Positions 30,091 through 44,987 of a stretch of 64,000 bases of DNA are shown here, piece after piece. A program made the translations under genes and the position numbers. The DNA lies in contig CM119371.1 in NCBI GenBank assembly GCA_051294905.1, positions 7,874,001 through 7,938,000 on the forward strand, given 5' to 3'. The notes under the pieces were generated by a model that saw only the letters and a list, made by a program, of their open reading frames with translations, was not told the DNA's origin and searched no databases. Origin of the DNA: Botryllus schlosseri (Eukaryota). How positions within the stretch are numbered: position 1 is the stretch's first letter; every line of letters begins with the position of its first letter.

Positions 30091-31863
30091 CAGGGCTGTG
30101 GAGTCGGAGTCGGAGTTGGTGGAGTCGGAGTCGTGAAAACCACAGTAGCTGGAGTCGGAGTCGGAGTCGTGGGGAAAATACTGACTGGAGTCGGAGTCGG
30201 AGTTTGTGAGAATGACCCTGACTTAGACTCCGACTCCGACTCCAACTTGTCTATCATGAAAACATTTGATTTCAAAGAATTTTCAATAGAATTTTTATGT
30301 ACCACCAATCACTAATATTAATAACCATACAGTTCAGGTCCGGCCAGCCCGGGACACGCAGGCCAAATTTGGCACACGAGAAGGTTAGGTGGGGCCTGCG
30401 AGGTAATTCCCGAAATTATTTATGAAATCAGGTACAATTGCAAAGCCAACCCAAATTTGATTAGCATAACCGCGAAATTTGATGATGACTAAAAAAACAG
30501 TTCTGACGAATTGACGTATCCAGGGGCCAGCCACATTTATCCCAGATCTTCGTATATGACCATGAAGTAGAATATTTCATAGCAGATTTATTTGACTTGA
30601 AATTTTACTCGGTACTTCGCATCATTCATTGTCACTAGATTTCTTGCATTCAGTATTTGACCCCCCTTCTGAAAATTATAAATACATATTATTAACAGAA
30701 TTGAGTCTAACTATATTCGCAATTAGGAGATAACGTGTCGTCCAACATGCGGCTTTGCTTGTGCACTCACAGCGAGATCGTCGGCAAAACATTTGCACAA
30801 AATGATAGAGGCATGTTCATTGTTCACTGATACCACTGATACCGTCGATTTTGCTATGTCTAAACGTCGAATAATCCTGTCCTTGCCAAATGAGCCCAGT
30901 GGTATACAGATGCTACCGCCAATGTATGTTAGCAACATATTTATTGATATAATTCAGTCATTATCGTGCAAAAAAATTTCGCGTATCGCGCGACCAGGGC
31001 CTGATTGCGCATTGCACAGTTGCATGACATATTGTTATCAATTTTAGAGCGTATTAATATAAATCTTGTTTGCAATGTTACCCAATTCGATTTGCTACTA
31101 TCGGACGACTAAAAAAAAGTTTTCAACATTCCATTTTCCCGCGCAATGGTTCGTAAATCTCATGTGTCCCTTTGGCCGAAAAAGTTGCCCACCCCTGATA
31201 TAGATAAAATTAGACATTACTTGCAAATTACAACTCAGTTGCACAGGGGAAGAAAATAGCAATATGCGTTTTCGCGATGAAGTCAAAATTGATGCAATTT
31301 TTGGAATTATGCCATGATACTGTGGCAGAGCAAATGCATCGGCTGGTTTTGTAAAATTGTAAAAATGATGTAAATATGACCAAACGATGCTTCCCACATT
31401 ACAAAATTAAAAATATTTGTAGTGTAGCTTAGCTGTTTGGGTCGAACAAATTAGTAAGTTCAATCTCTTTATTAGTTGCTGACTCATACACAAAAGCTAC
31501 ACTTGGACCTTTTGGCTACATTTTTATTATACAGGATTGGATATCTGCCATATTTGAATGATTCATACATTTCAGGATATTAGAGAGTCCATGTTATAAA
31601 AACTTGAAAAAGGAAGGATATTTAGCAAATCTTTCTCTCATGTTAATTGCATAGTGGATAAATCGAGCTGTGCCACAATGAAACAATTTAGCATGCCACC
31701 GTTAATCATATGTTTACATATGTTTATTGGTTGTATGATAGTCATTCAAACGACAATGTGGCATATAATTTTTGAAATAAATTAGTAATAATGCTGGAGT
31801 CGGAGTCGGGAGTCGGAGTCGGAGCCGGAGCTGGTGGTAAAATTTACCGACTCCACAGCCCTG
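30091..31863. mobile_element. Non-autonomous hAT element with (GGAGTC)n subterminal arrays
   Basis: TIR cagggctgtggagtcgg / ccgactccacagccctg; perfect 8-bp TSD gctcttaa. Confidence 0.9.
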
Positions 31864-33428
31864 GCTCTTAACCTTGTCTCCAGCGCCCCCCACCGGGTGA
31901 TTTGGATTTTGAAGCGGGCGGAAACGCTCAGGGAGCGACATAGGAGGCGCTGGGCTCAGGAGGGCGGTGTGTGTGTGGGGGGAGGGGGCTGAATAAAAAT
32001 GGCCTCGCAGTAGATGGTGTACTAAGGACGTATGATTATGTAGTTGTTGTAGTAGAATAATATTTCTATACATCCCTGAGTTCTCATTGCAAACTAATAT
32101 TCGACAAAATCAGTCAGATCACAACTTTTCTCGTTGCGCTCAACGCGAAATATCCACAAACCATGTTTCCATGAATGCATGGGTTTATTTTATTTCATGC
32201 AAAATGAATTCTACATACTTTTACAATGTCAATGCCCCGTTATAACACTCCCGTCGCGCTAACTACGCCAAGTCGTTTCGACACCTTCCTATCGTTTCAT
32301 TGTATCGCAGTTTTGTGTTGTTTTGAAATGCTGAAAATATTGATGAACTGATACTTGTACTGATAGCTCGGGTTATCTTTCACAAAATGTTTTGAACTGG
32401 GCATTTTATCCTACAGCATACTGCGTTTCGAAATCGAAAAGGCAATGTAGGCTACTGTACGACTTTTGATAGTGATGCTATTTTTACATTAAAGATGTTT
32501 TGAAGCTTATTGGTCAAAATATATAACTAAATATACTTGTATTTGAAAGCTAAAAAATTAAATCGTCAGACTATTTCTACATCCTATCATGAAGGATGAT
32601 ATTGCTAAGTTTTGTTACTCCCATTCATGTCAAAGTTAAGAGCTTGGTGCAGGACTAAATTTAACGTGAGAAAATCACTACCACATTCTCAGTTGATTTA
32701 GTAGTCACACGAACCAATAAAAAAAAACAATACAAATAGCTTCCCCGTATTGCCAATCGATGAGGAGACTCCGGGATGTGTATATCGATGTCGAACCAAA
32801 TGTAATGAGCCCGTAGGCCTTTCCCAAGGGTTGTTATAACAACCTGCATTTGATCCCGAAAACAGCACATACAATTATACCGGTAATTAGGCGATTGGTC
32901 TAATGGTGGAGTCTCAACCCGAAAGCGGACTTTCGACCTCTTCACCATTGCTTTTTACCACAGTCCTGGAAATAGGGGGCGCCAGACTCAGGCAATTTTT
33001 CAGAGGGGCGCTTGAGAAAAAAGGGTTAAGAACCACTGATTTGGATAGTTTCATTATCGTATGGAACGCAGTTGACATCATTCGAATGATCGTATCATGT
33101 CTGATCCGTATAAACGCAACCTATTTTTACTGCAATAGAGTCGGTCATGCAGAACACGAAAAATAGCAAGGTAATGGAAATTACATGTAGACTTAGAAGT
33201 ATTAAGTATCATGTAATAACAGTTATCATCACCGCCAACTCTGTTGAATATTCACTTCAAGTTAAAGTATAAGTTTACTCTGGTATTAACCGTTCATTTA
33301 TCAGCCTGGTGGTGATGATACCTACAGATGAGACTCAATCTCCAAGTTCAATCGTCATAATTACATATTCGAATTGACTCCTGCCCTTAGTATATAACTG
33401 ACTCTAATTTCTCATTTGAATTCGCAAG

Positions 33429-33647
33429 AATTGAGGTTTTGCAACGTGGGGATAAACGACTGCGTATGGATTAAGCCAAAGGATCACGCATGCGTGCACA
33501 ATGCTACAGAAACATGCAGTAAGATATGGAGCATTGAAACTAATGAAACCACGCAAGTTACTTTTCGAAGAAACGACCAGTTCCAGCGAAAGCATTTTGC
33601 AACAGTACATTATGCAGTACTGAATTGCACTCTAGCGCGAACGCACA
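33429..33647 (+). CDS. Host CUB-like membrane protein, exon 3 (second half of CUB)
   Basis: ag| to |gtaagt, phase 1-1; LRFC...QVTFRRND...F..VHYAVLNC. Confidence 0.7.
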
Positions 33648-36179
33648 GTAAGTCACGGGTTACTTCTACAAGTTGGTGATAATATTGTTCGTATATGTTA
33701 AATATTGTGGAATTATAATGCAATTCGGGCAACAGTTATTGATTCAAATGATACATGAGCTCTATACGCAATGTGCTGCCCATAACAGTAGAGAAGAAAT
33801 AGTGTTTGAGAATGTAGGCAAAACGTGGTGGGCACAAATTTTGTCTATATTATCGGGTAAATTCCTAATAAGTAGGGCGATTTTTTTAACATATCTAAAT
33901 CTGTCAAAAAATTTTCAAAATTGAAGCGTTAGGTCAAAATTTGTCAAAATTGTTCATACAGTCAAAAAATTTCGTTTGTATCGTAGATTTTGCACTGTCG
34001 GTGAACTTACAATTTGATATTTTACAGCTTGTAGCCTACTTTATAGGCCTACCGTTGTAAACGGCTAATTGTCTGGTCATTGTGCATGAATCATAAACGG
34101 TCAAATAAAACAAATAGGTAGACATTGTATTATCGTCAACGTACCGCAATATCCTAACTGAAGAAAGACTTCTTGGGCATTGCATCATTCTTATATTGAG
34201 AAGCGCACGATGAAAAATCGTGATATACTGCTGCTGTTGAACGTCCTTAGCAAGTTTCATGTACTTTCTACCCAAGAATGTAGGAAAGTATCTCTCGTAC
34301 TACGAGTCTTTTTTAATTACTTCCACCATAATACGTATTGCAATCACTGGAATTCTTCATGGGGCTAGATTTCGTTAAAATATCGTGTTTTTTCATGTAA
34401 AAAGTTGTTTCTATGCCAAAAACGTTTTTTCAGGCCAAACTACTTCGTTAGGACAGCCAGTTCCAACCAGAAATGTAGAAAAGTGGTAGAATTTTAACAT
34501 TATGTGGGAAAACACCTAGTTTGCATACGTTAGGTCTAAATTTGGTCACAATTCAGTTTGTTTAGGTCACAAAAAGTCACAATTTTCCTTTTTTAGGTAA
34601 AAATAAACCGCCCTACTAATACGACGCCCGTTTCATCACCAATTATCGAATGAATGACGAATGTTACCAGCACACATCGTTCTGCAAAAACGATCGGCTA
34701 TATTGGTGCTACGTATTTACAATTCCTCATCCAGTCGATAGTGGATTCTAGCATGTGTGACATGTGCGCTCAGCTATAGCTCAACGCCAAACATAAATAT
34801 TGAATAAATGATGCCTGCTGGCTGGAATGATATTATAACGCAGGTCAAAGTCATTATCACGGAATTTATAGGCAAACCCAAGCTGTTGTGCGGTGTCAAC
34901 GCTGTAGAAGGCAATGGCACTATTTGATCAGGTACTTACATACAGCCGTCAGACTTCTATTTCACTCCAACCGCAAAACAATTTCGTGTACATGGAAAAA
35001 TACTTTGTTATACACCATATTTCTAATAAAAGTTGAGATATTTTAGGCAACACTTTTTTAACGTATAAGATAACAAATGTCGAACATGTTCGTAAGCCAC
35101 ATTATAACAACCCGACGGCAGTGCTCAGTTTTCACTCAAGTCCAGTGCTTCCGAACCTATATGTCAGTTCGCTACCCACTTTAAATGCAAGTTTCATTGT
35201 GCGATCCAACATGAGATATGACCGAACGAATGAGAACGTAACTACCTATAGATGAAGTTGTGTGAGTAACGAGTTAAACTAGACGCCCACCAGTAGCTGT
35301 CGCGGCAATTCGAGAACATGACTAAATCAGGCTACCACGACACGCAAGAGACGGACACGGTCACGTAACATATCATCACAAACAATAAAGCGCGTATTCA
35401 TGCAGTAATTTGTCTATAATTCGAACACAAAGGGGTTCCGGGTATAGCTTACTTCACATCAATTTTTCGCTGAATATAATTAGGCTGGATGCATTTGCCA
35501 TCAACGTTTACAAAGCCTCTGGTGCTGTGGTTCCCCACCTGGGAGGAGCTTGGGGGTAGTTAAAGCATCCTAACAGGGGAACAAGGTCGCATGAGGGAAA
35601 TAAGAAAGTGGCAATTTTTAATAACGGCAATTTGCCATAGAAGAGCGTCATATAGGCAGGGTAGCCCGCGAGGACCAGATAAGTAACCCGCGAGCCTATT
35701 CTAAAAATAGATCGAATAGCAGCACTTACCAGTGAGCTTTTATTTAGCTAGTTGGATTTAGCTATTCTTCATTTAATCATACTAACATGTAACTTACAAA
35801 TGACAAAACATAATAAACACTAAAAATGATATCCCTAATTACAATTAGTAATATTAATATACCAACATGTAATCCAATCAAAAGACTGATGATACAGAAC
35901 GCTGCCTATACAGGCGACATAGCGGAATGCCATACACGGTCTTCTCGAAGTGGCGGGGGGGTCTTTATGGTGGTTCTACGTCCAGGACAATGCCAAAGGA
36001 GTAAACAATATTACTATTCGGTAGCAGATAGCCCAGGCGCACTAGTAGATTTTCAATGTATGTATGCCCATTACGTATTGTATCTTTTGACACAGCTTGA
36101 TTCTCTTAATTTCTAGGCAGTTTAGTACCATGTTTCTAACTTTAGGTAATCGTTGCTGCTGTCCGGTATAACGAAATCT

Positions 36180-36530
36180 ATTGAGGCTGTATGCTGAACA
36201 TTTAGATATTAAAATCGTAACACTGCAAAGTTACCTCCAGCTCATAACCCTCCAGGCTGCATCAATTTTTTTTTTTTGTTGACACTTATAGTGGTGTATG
36301 TGCAGCAGTTATGAAGGTTGGAAGCATGTTTGGTTCAAGTTATCGTTGTGAATCAGCCATTTCTGACATGCCCTTCTTCATAAACAAAGACAGAACACGC
36401 CTCACTGATGCACATCTCGTAGAATCACTCACAGTTGCAGTGCCAAGTTACATATCACAGCACAGCATACTAGTTGATAGCACGCAATGCCAGGCTTTCC
36501 ACGGAATGACGAAGAAACAGATAACACAAT
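36180..36530 (+). pseudogene. hAT (Buster/Charlie-type) transposase C-terminal remnant
   Basis: SMFGSSYRCESAISDM...RTRLTDAHL...LTVA...LVDSTQCQAFH matches the hATC dimerisation region. Confidence 0.8.
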
Positions 36531-36858
36531 GTCCAGTCCCAAATGCGACATGATTTATTTAAAAATTTGAGTTGACTGTTGTTGCATAATTTATACAAGC
36601 ATAGTGCGAATTAATTCATGGTTTTTCGAAAATGTATGTGGCTAGCACGTTGAATTACGAAGTTTTGATTTTACAAGAATGTCTTAGAAGTCGTCGCGCA
36701 ATGTGATTCCTGCCCACTGTTATGAATATCAAAGTGGAAATTCAGTCTGGTACAGGTAAACTGCGGGAGTTAATGGTGGCCTGCCATTTCAATCAGTACC
36801 CAAGAAGTAGCTCTGAGGTGCAAAAAGGTTGATAACCCCTGTAGTATACTATCTAAAT

Positions 36859-38012
36859 CAGGGGTGGGCAAACTTTTCAGCTCGCGGGCCGCATTCAACA
36901 TTTGAATCCATTTGCGGGCCGCACTTTATAAAATAGGGATTATAAACCAAAACGCAATATTGTTATTTGATTATATAGCGAGGACATGGGTAATAATATA
37001 TATGCTTATTTAATACAAACCAAACGTTGCTTTGATGATATCGTACACGCATCAGAAACGGTGGCAAGATTTCATAGGCTGGTCGACCTCAATAACCAAT
37101 TTTTCAAAACTATATAGAGATGAAAGTCGGTTGTCCCGATTCTTAGAAAAGAATTGAAATTGAAATCTATGAGCAGCGATCTGCTCATATCTTTACTAAT
37201 TCCACTTTTGGTTCAGTTCCAAGACACACAATATTGACAGCATCCTATCCATGTTAGCCACACGCTCATACTATGTGCAGATAAAATATAAATACCCTAA
37301 TTCTACTCATACAGAGAACGAATCTACCACAGACACGCGCGAATCGATGTTTTTTTAAGCACATCACTGAAATAATTAAAACGGGAGTTACCAATCTGAA
37401 ATCACACTCGCGATCTGAATTATGTCAATCTCGTTTAGGATTTCTGTGATGTTTAGCAGTTGAAACCTTTCAAACTGCGAGGGCCTGAGATCGGGCTGTC
37501 ACGGCCGAAATTAAAAATAAAAAAATATTATAGGAAGTATCCACCCGATAACAGTGGTTTTCAAACCTTTTAAGACCAGTCCACTTATGACGATGAAAGA
37601 TTCCCCCTCCCCTCCCTTTTCATCATATAACAATACGTATATTCAGGATGCTAGCAAACCTAACGGACATTTTAATGGAATCGCAGATTGCGGCTATGGA
37701 CGAGAGATTTTGAAACGTGAAATTGAGACTAAATACAGAGCAGAAAAGAATGAGATGAAAATCGCGCGAAGCGCGAAAATATTTTCAGTTGACTTCAGCT
37801 TCACGCCCCCAAGTGGGGGGGAGTTTGAGAACCACTGCCTTAGAATTATCATCGTGAAATATATTAAGAAAAAGTTTAATGAAGTCGCTGCATTCGATTT
37901 TTAGTACACAATTTATCAATATTTTTATTAAGTTTCTTTAGACTCTCGCGGGCCGCACAGAACGGTGATGCGGGCCGCATGCGGCCCGTGGGCCGTAGTT
38001 TGCCCACCCCTG
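36859..38012. mobile_element. hAT-type MITE
   Basis: TIR caggggtgggcaaact / agtttgcccacccctg; perfect TSD atctaaat. Confidence 0.9.
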
Positions 38013-39441
38013 ATCTAAATGCTAGATTGTGTTTGATCCCGCACCATGCCTCGATCAGAAGATGTATCTGAATTAGGACTAGCTGGTGAATGCGTGTAGG
38101 TAGCTGTTCGTTGATGCTTTTATGTTTTGTCTAGCATCTGCGCAGAGTGTTTAGTTAGAAGGACAAAAAGGTATGGAGAAATAGGATATTTGTTTCTAAG
38201 GCAGTGTTCCATGGAGGACTAGGAGTTCCGTAAGCCAGACTCAGGGCTTCCGTTGCGATCAGGACAAACACGCAAGTCATACATATGGCCTGTAATTAGG
38301 GTTGTATTTAAAACAAAAGTCAACCTAAAACAGACATGTTTAAAACAATGCCCTTGTTTAAAAGATGTTTTATCAATTTTTTTTATCAAGACATGACGTC
38401 ACGAATATTCAATCGTGACATCATGGTGAAGTTACATTCACAATTGAAGATGTAGGGTAGATATCGCTCCTTTGACTAAATATCCACGTACTATAGCTGT
38501 TGAACCGACTATTTTGAGGATTTCAAGTTCCAACCATCCAATATCATATACGTCTGCCATATCATGGGGTAATTGTTCGTAGGCTCATACAACACGTGTT
38601 TTGGAAAGTATTTATACAACTATGGCATAATTTTTCGCCTAAAACACAGAAGGCCCTATGTTTAAAACACTGTTCAGAACATGTTTTAAACAAAGTGTTT
38701 TGAACAACCATTTCTTTTGAATGTAATCCTTTTCATGACGACACGTCTTGACCATCATTGATTGCAGGCCATGAGTCCCTATCAGCATAGGCGCCGAGTT
38801 ACGGGGTGCCGGGTTGGCACCGCCACCCCATCATATAATTATGGGGTGGCGGCCACCCCACACACAATGCTTACGTCCGCCGTCTGTGCTGTCAATTAGC
38901 GAGTATGTGATTATCGCGTGAATGCCAACTATTTACTATTAACCGATACGCGCGAATAATTGAATACGCAGCTTAAACTAGTGCTTAAAATGCCCCAATA
39001 AATTGTAATCCGTGATTAGTAATCATACAATCGAAGCTACCTCGTTTACGACGCCGATTTCGACACGCTTGCTCTGAGAAATACCAGCTCTCTCTACTGG
39101 GCCAGCGGATTCACGTTCTACTTCTCTCAATTAAATTGTCTCTGCGCGCATATTCGTGTACAAAAAACTTCTTGACTTAGTTTCGTGATAGTCTTTCTAA
39201 TTGGACCGCGAAATAGGAAAGTGTGTTAGTGTATGCCTGCGAATTGAAAGTCATTCCTGCGCAAAGTGCGCATACATTCAATTGTAAACAATTGTTGCGA
39301 TGTCTGACTCGGAACCCCATTGTGATATACGCAAGTTGAGGAATTACTGATTAGATACACGATTTCTCGTTTGCTATCATCTCTAGGCTACTAATTCATG
39401 TCTGCTTTATACACTCGTATTCCCTCGAAGACACTTATCAG

Positions 39442-39886
39442 TAGGGCAAGTTTGTGCAACTTTTGCAACTTTTTCTTACAGCTTCCGGCAGCTTCCTAAA
39501 TATTCGTAAGATATGTAGAATGCTGTTTCAAGCTGTTCGAAGGAATCTTGTCGTGCAACTTTTTGCAACTTTTGTTTATTTTTTTCATCCAACTTTTTGC
39601 AACATTTTGCAACTTTCTCGATTTTCCATGAAAGTATTTTCGATTATGGTGAAATACACGGCCAAATTGGACTGAAACATCGTAAATCAGCACCGAGGTA
39701 AAGCTTTTACGGGTATTTCGGAAGCTGAGCCGGAAAATTGAATTTTTTTTTTAGTCAATCTGGGAAGTTGATCTTTTTTTATTTTTAGTCAATCGAGCAA
39801 AATGTGGTCAAAATGCAACTTATACAACTTTTTTCAAAAATAAATGCAACTTTCCACGGATTTAACTGCAACAAAAACTTGCCCTA
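39442..39886. mobile_element. hAT-type MITE with TGCAAC repeats
   Basis: TIR tagggcaagttt / aaacttgcccta; TSD cttatcag/cttatcaa (7 of 8). Confidence 0.75.
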
Positions 39887-42117
39887 CTTATCAATGTTTG
39901 ATTTGTTATTCTAACTGCGCATTGTGCAGTGCACGGCGTTGAATTATGCTGTCAAATATTGATGCAACAAGAGATCCTCGGTGGCGGAAATTCTGAATTT
40001 ATTGGATTAGTTTGAGCGGGAACCTTCTATGTTCCAACCAACTTCGCTGGACGGACTTTATCGGACGCAACCATGTCGCGGATCGAGTTTCAAACCATCG
40101 GGATTTGCATTTCTATTGATAAGGTTGCGGCATGCGCCCATATTGCTCTTGCTGCAATAACACCTGACTATTTAAAATCGCACCATTTCACAATCAAATT
40201 CGACTGGCTGATCGGGACTTACGTATGCCGTAGGCCCCTGGCTAATATTAACCAGTGCGTTGTCGGTATTAAAACCTTAGGTGCGTAGCCAGTGAGTTTC
40301 TCATTTAAAACTAGAAATTCAGTCATTTTGAAATGCCAATTCACTAATTCGTATTATCGACGCTGCGTACTGCAAATTAGCGAGATTCATTTGTATGCGA
40401 AATGGGTCATCGATATCTCATGTGCACTATCGGCGGAGGTTTGATTTAGCGCGTCCACTTGCAGGCCTACTACCGTCCGCAGAAACACTTTCGCCAAACA
40501 GTAACAATCTCTGAGTGTAATATTGTTTGTGTTTATGTATCTTTTTGATTAAAACTTATGCCCGCGTCTGAACAAATTGTACTCGTTGCCATTGCCAAAT
40601 CTGGGTATTTAGGTATGACTATAGCGCACCCTGTAATTGTAATTATTACAGGTTTGGGGCATGTCTGCATTTTCGTTATCAGCGCAACTTTGCCGGCCGA
40701 TTGTACATGTACTGGTACAGTCCGATAAAATTGATCACTACTATGTATTTTGCACAGTAAACTGATGCTGATTTCAGCAAACCAACGATCCTTATTACAT
40801 ATACAAATTGGACCTCATCGTTAAAGACGTAGATTTCATCGCGCGCTCTGAGAAACACCATCTCCTCTCGCAATTTGACGACCAAATATCCGTTCACCTT
40901 CTACAAATTAAAGTGCATTACAGTATTTGCACCGATGAGGGCCGCAAGCCGCGTATTAGTGAACCATTTTGTGATAAATATTCTCGGAGCGCAATTGAAC
41001 AGTGTGTATGTGTGTGCCTGCTAGTTGGAATTTATTCCAGTGCCCATAATATTAATCCAATTATGCTTTGCGAACGTAAATCGGGAAATGCAGCAATGCA
41101 GTCAAAATCGATGTTGTAATCAGCAACCAATTGTCGCGATGTGAGCTACTCAATACTAAGTAAAAACCCATTGCGTAGGCGGTAAGGGATAATTACTGAT
41201 TGGCTGCGCGCGTTTGTAATCATCATTCTTGCCTGTCTTTCGCGCCATGTTACTGCTCAGTCCAGCGACGAATGCCGAGCTTGCGGCAATCAATGACCTA
41301 ATTTCGCAATCATCTCAGCGGGAGATCGCGTCGCGTTACATTGTGCGATGCAATATGCGTGCACAGACGAATCTCGTTAATTTGCCCTCGTAACACGACT
41401 TGTTGAATTGCAATTGAACATTAGCGTCAGAATGGTCATTTCAAAAGGACGGGGTTTTGCGTTTTAAAAGGAGGGGGTTTCGACACCCCCTGACTACTCG
41501 CCTGCCGCCACCCCATGCAAAAATAAAAGTCGGCACCTATGCCTATCAGTATACTAATTAGTCGGAATGTGACTCTCTTGTGGCGCATGCAGGGGCGCTT
41601 TGGACTCGATATCGAAATCCCACCCACGTGAAATGCCGATTTTATATCCAATATATAAAAGCTCCTTTTTAACTTGGCAATTGGTATAACGTTGCTGCGT
41701 TTTGACACTTTCCAAGGTGAAGCTTCGCATTTCTGAACTGGTATATGAAAGAGAGCAGCAAAAGTCACACTGATTTGCAAATGTTTCGTTTTGTGTGAAA
41801 ATATATTTTAGTAGTTTTACTCATTCAACACTCTGTTTGTCAGTGATTCCCAACCGCGGTTCCAAGTTAGCCTTCCTGCGGCTCTGATTGGCCTATGAAT
41901 ATGCCACAAAATATAATAGACAGTTGTTGTTTCGTTCTATTAATAAATAATTTCTAGTCGATTTCTGTATATGAATGCTCAATAGGGGACAAGGACGCTT
42001 CTGCAAACGCGGACTTGCAGGCTTGCGTCCAACACATGGATGAATACCCGTCACGTCAGACTATTATATATAGCTTGAGTTCTGCTGGTCATAGACCTCA
42101 GTAGATATTCTCTATAC

Positions 42118-43291
42118 CAGAGGTCTCAAACACGCGGCCCGCCAGAGCATTTTGTGCGGCCCACGACGACATTTTAGATTTTTAATAATTTGACAATATA
42201 TAAGTGTCACATATATCTTTTCAGGTTATAAAGTGAAAATTCCCTCTTAAATTGCTCCGAAAGCCTGAAACTATTCATCAAACTTCACTATCAAATCGAT
42301 TGCAAACGCTACCATGCAGTGGAAAATTCACCATTTCGCCACATTTCCACATCATGATGACAAAACCTGACCCTTACACGATTCGTGACTGATATTTGTG
42401 AGTTGGACTTGGACGCGTTTTTTCTTAGAATTACTCAGACCCGTTCTAACTCGATGGCAAAATGAAAATGACTCGAGTGGACTTAGAGTGACTCGGAATA
42501 CCATGAATTTGTTAGAACCATGAACGCAACAAACTAAACTCATATCAGGGGAATAGTAATAGATCAGAAAGTCACACTAACTATGCCAGTAGTTACGACA
42601 ACAATTGGCAATATATGTTAGTTACATCTTTGGTGGCTAAACCATGTTATTAAGGCGACTTAAGGTACCGAGTACCGTAGTGGTACGCTCCAACGATGTA
42701 ACAACAATGGGCCGTTCGGCGTTCCGACATTTCAATCACATTCATTAATATATTTATATTAAATTTATATTTTTTTCTGATCCTATTTGAAGATATTTGG
42801 CCATGAGAATAATAGCCTACTTATCAGAAGCCTCCCCGAATCGTAGATTGGAATTACAATGCTCAACCTAAAAATGTTTTCATATCAGATCAGTCTCTAT
42901 CCTAATCAATCTGTTAAATTCAAAATATTCATAGTAGCTGCAAAATTATAACCCGATAGCTTTTATGACGGCATCATACATTTGTCCGCCCGTATGGTGT
43001 ATATATCTTATAAATAATATATATCAAGTACAACAACAATTCTATTCAAATAGGTATAAATGCGATGATTTTTTTCGTGCTAGGTCTAAATTGATACAAG
43101 AGTAAATCACATTTTGACGATGTGTGTTTACTGTCAGTCTGCTGGATCGGCTCACTTTCAATAAGACAATTCACTCCCGCCAAATAAGGCCTACTTGGGA
43201 AGACATAGAATACCCCTATGAATGCTGTGGCCCGCGGCGTCGTCAAAACTGGAAAACTGGCCCGCGAGCACATTTGAGTTTGAGACCTCTG
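42118..43291. mobile_element. hAT-type MITE
   Basis: TIR cagaggtctcaaac / gtttgagacctctg; perfect TSD ctctatac. Confidence 0.9.
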
Positions 43292-44299
43292 CTCTATACA
43301 GAGTAAAGTTCGACACAATTTTACTGACATAGTCGAGTCGAGTATAAGTCCCAATATTACCAATATTACTCAGCGTATAATCCCCCTCAAACTTATACAT
43401 AGAGCTCAGGAATGTATGAAGAGCTACCGCATAATGACGTATATGGTATGCTGCAGTAAAATATGAATTTTCAGTTTATTTCAATGTCTATCCCTCGCCA
43501 ATCTGCGTTCACCGATGCTTAAATGACCGATATACAATATAGAGAAGTCTATGTACATATGTAAGGTCATGTCATATGCCACGTAGAATATGTATTTTGA
43601 ATCCAAGAAGCAAGGATTGAAATTGAAGTGGCTTAGGACGCCAAAGACACATTTTATGGCGTTCCACTCTTAAGAGGGCCTTTTTATGACGGCCAAAAAT
43701 TAATCAATTGAGTTATTCTCTTGTCGAACACCTGCGATCCGAAGAGAAAGATTGTTTGTCTCTTTAAGAAGTCTCAAGTTTGAATGACTTGGTTTTTGAT
43801 TTAATTTATTGTCAGGCACGTTTGAACCAAGCCAAAGACGAGAAATATAAGGGATTATACTCAAAATCGACAAAATATTATATGCTATGTGCTACCATTG
43901 TACATGATTGTTTTTGACAACATATTAAACTAACGTTTTTTCGCGCTCTGCGCGATTTGCTTCCATGTCGTATTTATTGGAGTCTGGATTGATATGCCTT
44001 CAACCAATGCGTTGTGATTGCAAACAATCTCGTTGCTTTTTTAATATTTTTTTGATTTCTGATTTCGCACTCGAATCAAAATGACCGTCACGGGTATCTG
44101 GCTCGCCAATTGCTGTGAGCACGGGAATGTGAATTACCGCACTTACGGCGGCAAAAACAATTTTCATGAGAAGATAATAACGTCTTTGGTATATTTGGCT
44201 CTTTGAATAGAAGTCTGCAACATGCAGAAACTCTGCGCGTCCTACCTCCGCGACTCTCTGGAGGGTCGCGACTCGTCGGTCAGGAAGCACTTCTCTAGT

Positions 44300-44987
44300 T
44301 ATCATTGGGAACAAATCACTACCATTTTACACGTACGCAGATATACACGGACGAGTCTAAATCTTTAGTTGGAGGGGGAGCGGCTTTTTGCATCCCTTCA
44401 CTTGACGTCTTTGTTGCCAAAGCTTCTTCAGTCGAGCATTCTGTCTTCTCGGTTGAATTGATAGCGATCGACCTAGCGCTGAGTTGGATTACCGGAAATC
44501 GGAACTGATCAACCGAATATCTGATCATGTCAGATTGTTCGAGTGCCCTGACTGGCATTCGCAACTTCAACATGTACCCGCGCCATAAGCCGGTCGATGA
44601 AATATTATTATCCGTGTCTCAATGGAGTGAATTCAGCGTCAACGTGTGATTCCTTTGGATACCAGGCCATGTGGGCATTCACGGCAGTTAAAAAGCTGAC
44701 AAACTGGCGTAGAATGTCTCCACCACCCCGACAAGCTCCGAAGATATGCCGACGCTCTCTGAACAAGAAGGTCGGGACTCGGGACAACATACGTCGCTAC
44801 TGCATGCAATTGTGGGACCAAGAATACTTGATATCCGAAAACGGTCTTCGCTACGAGTCCTTCAACAGTTCTGTTCTTGGCCCTTCCCTGGATATGGCAA
44901 TCGACTTTGTGATAGTGTTATCTTTCGGTTGCAATCAGATCATTGCCGATTAAATGGCCATTTGTTTAAACTTGGAATGGTATGGAG
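44300..44987 (+). pseudogene. RNase H-bearing LINE 3' fragment, left part
   Basis: YTDESK...GAAF...SVFSVELIAI..AL, WIPGHVGI.G..ADKLA, FRLQSDHCRLNGHLFKLG, with stops and frameshifts. Confidence 0.8.

Noticed and set aside
30087-30315. PT-repeat and GV-repeat ORFs; CRISPR-like periodicity
   Set aside because: Translations of (GGAGTC)n subterminal repeats of a hAT element; no unique spacers.
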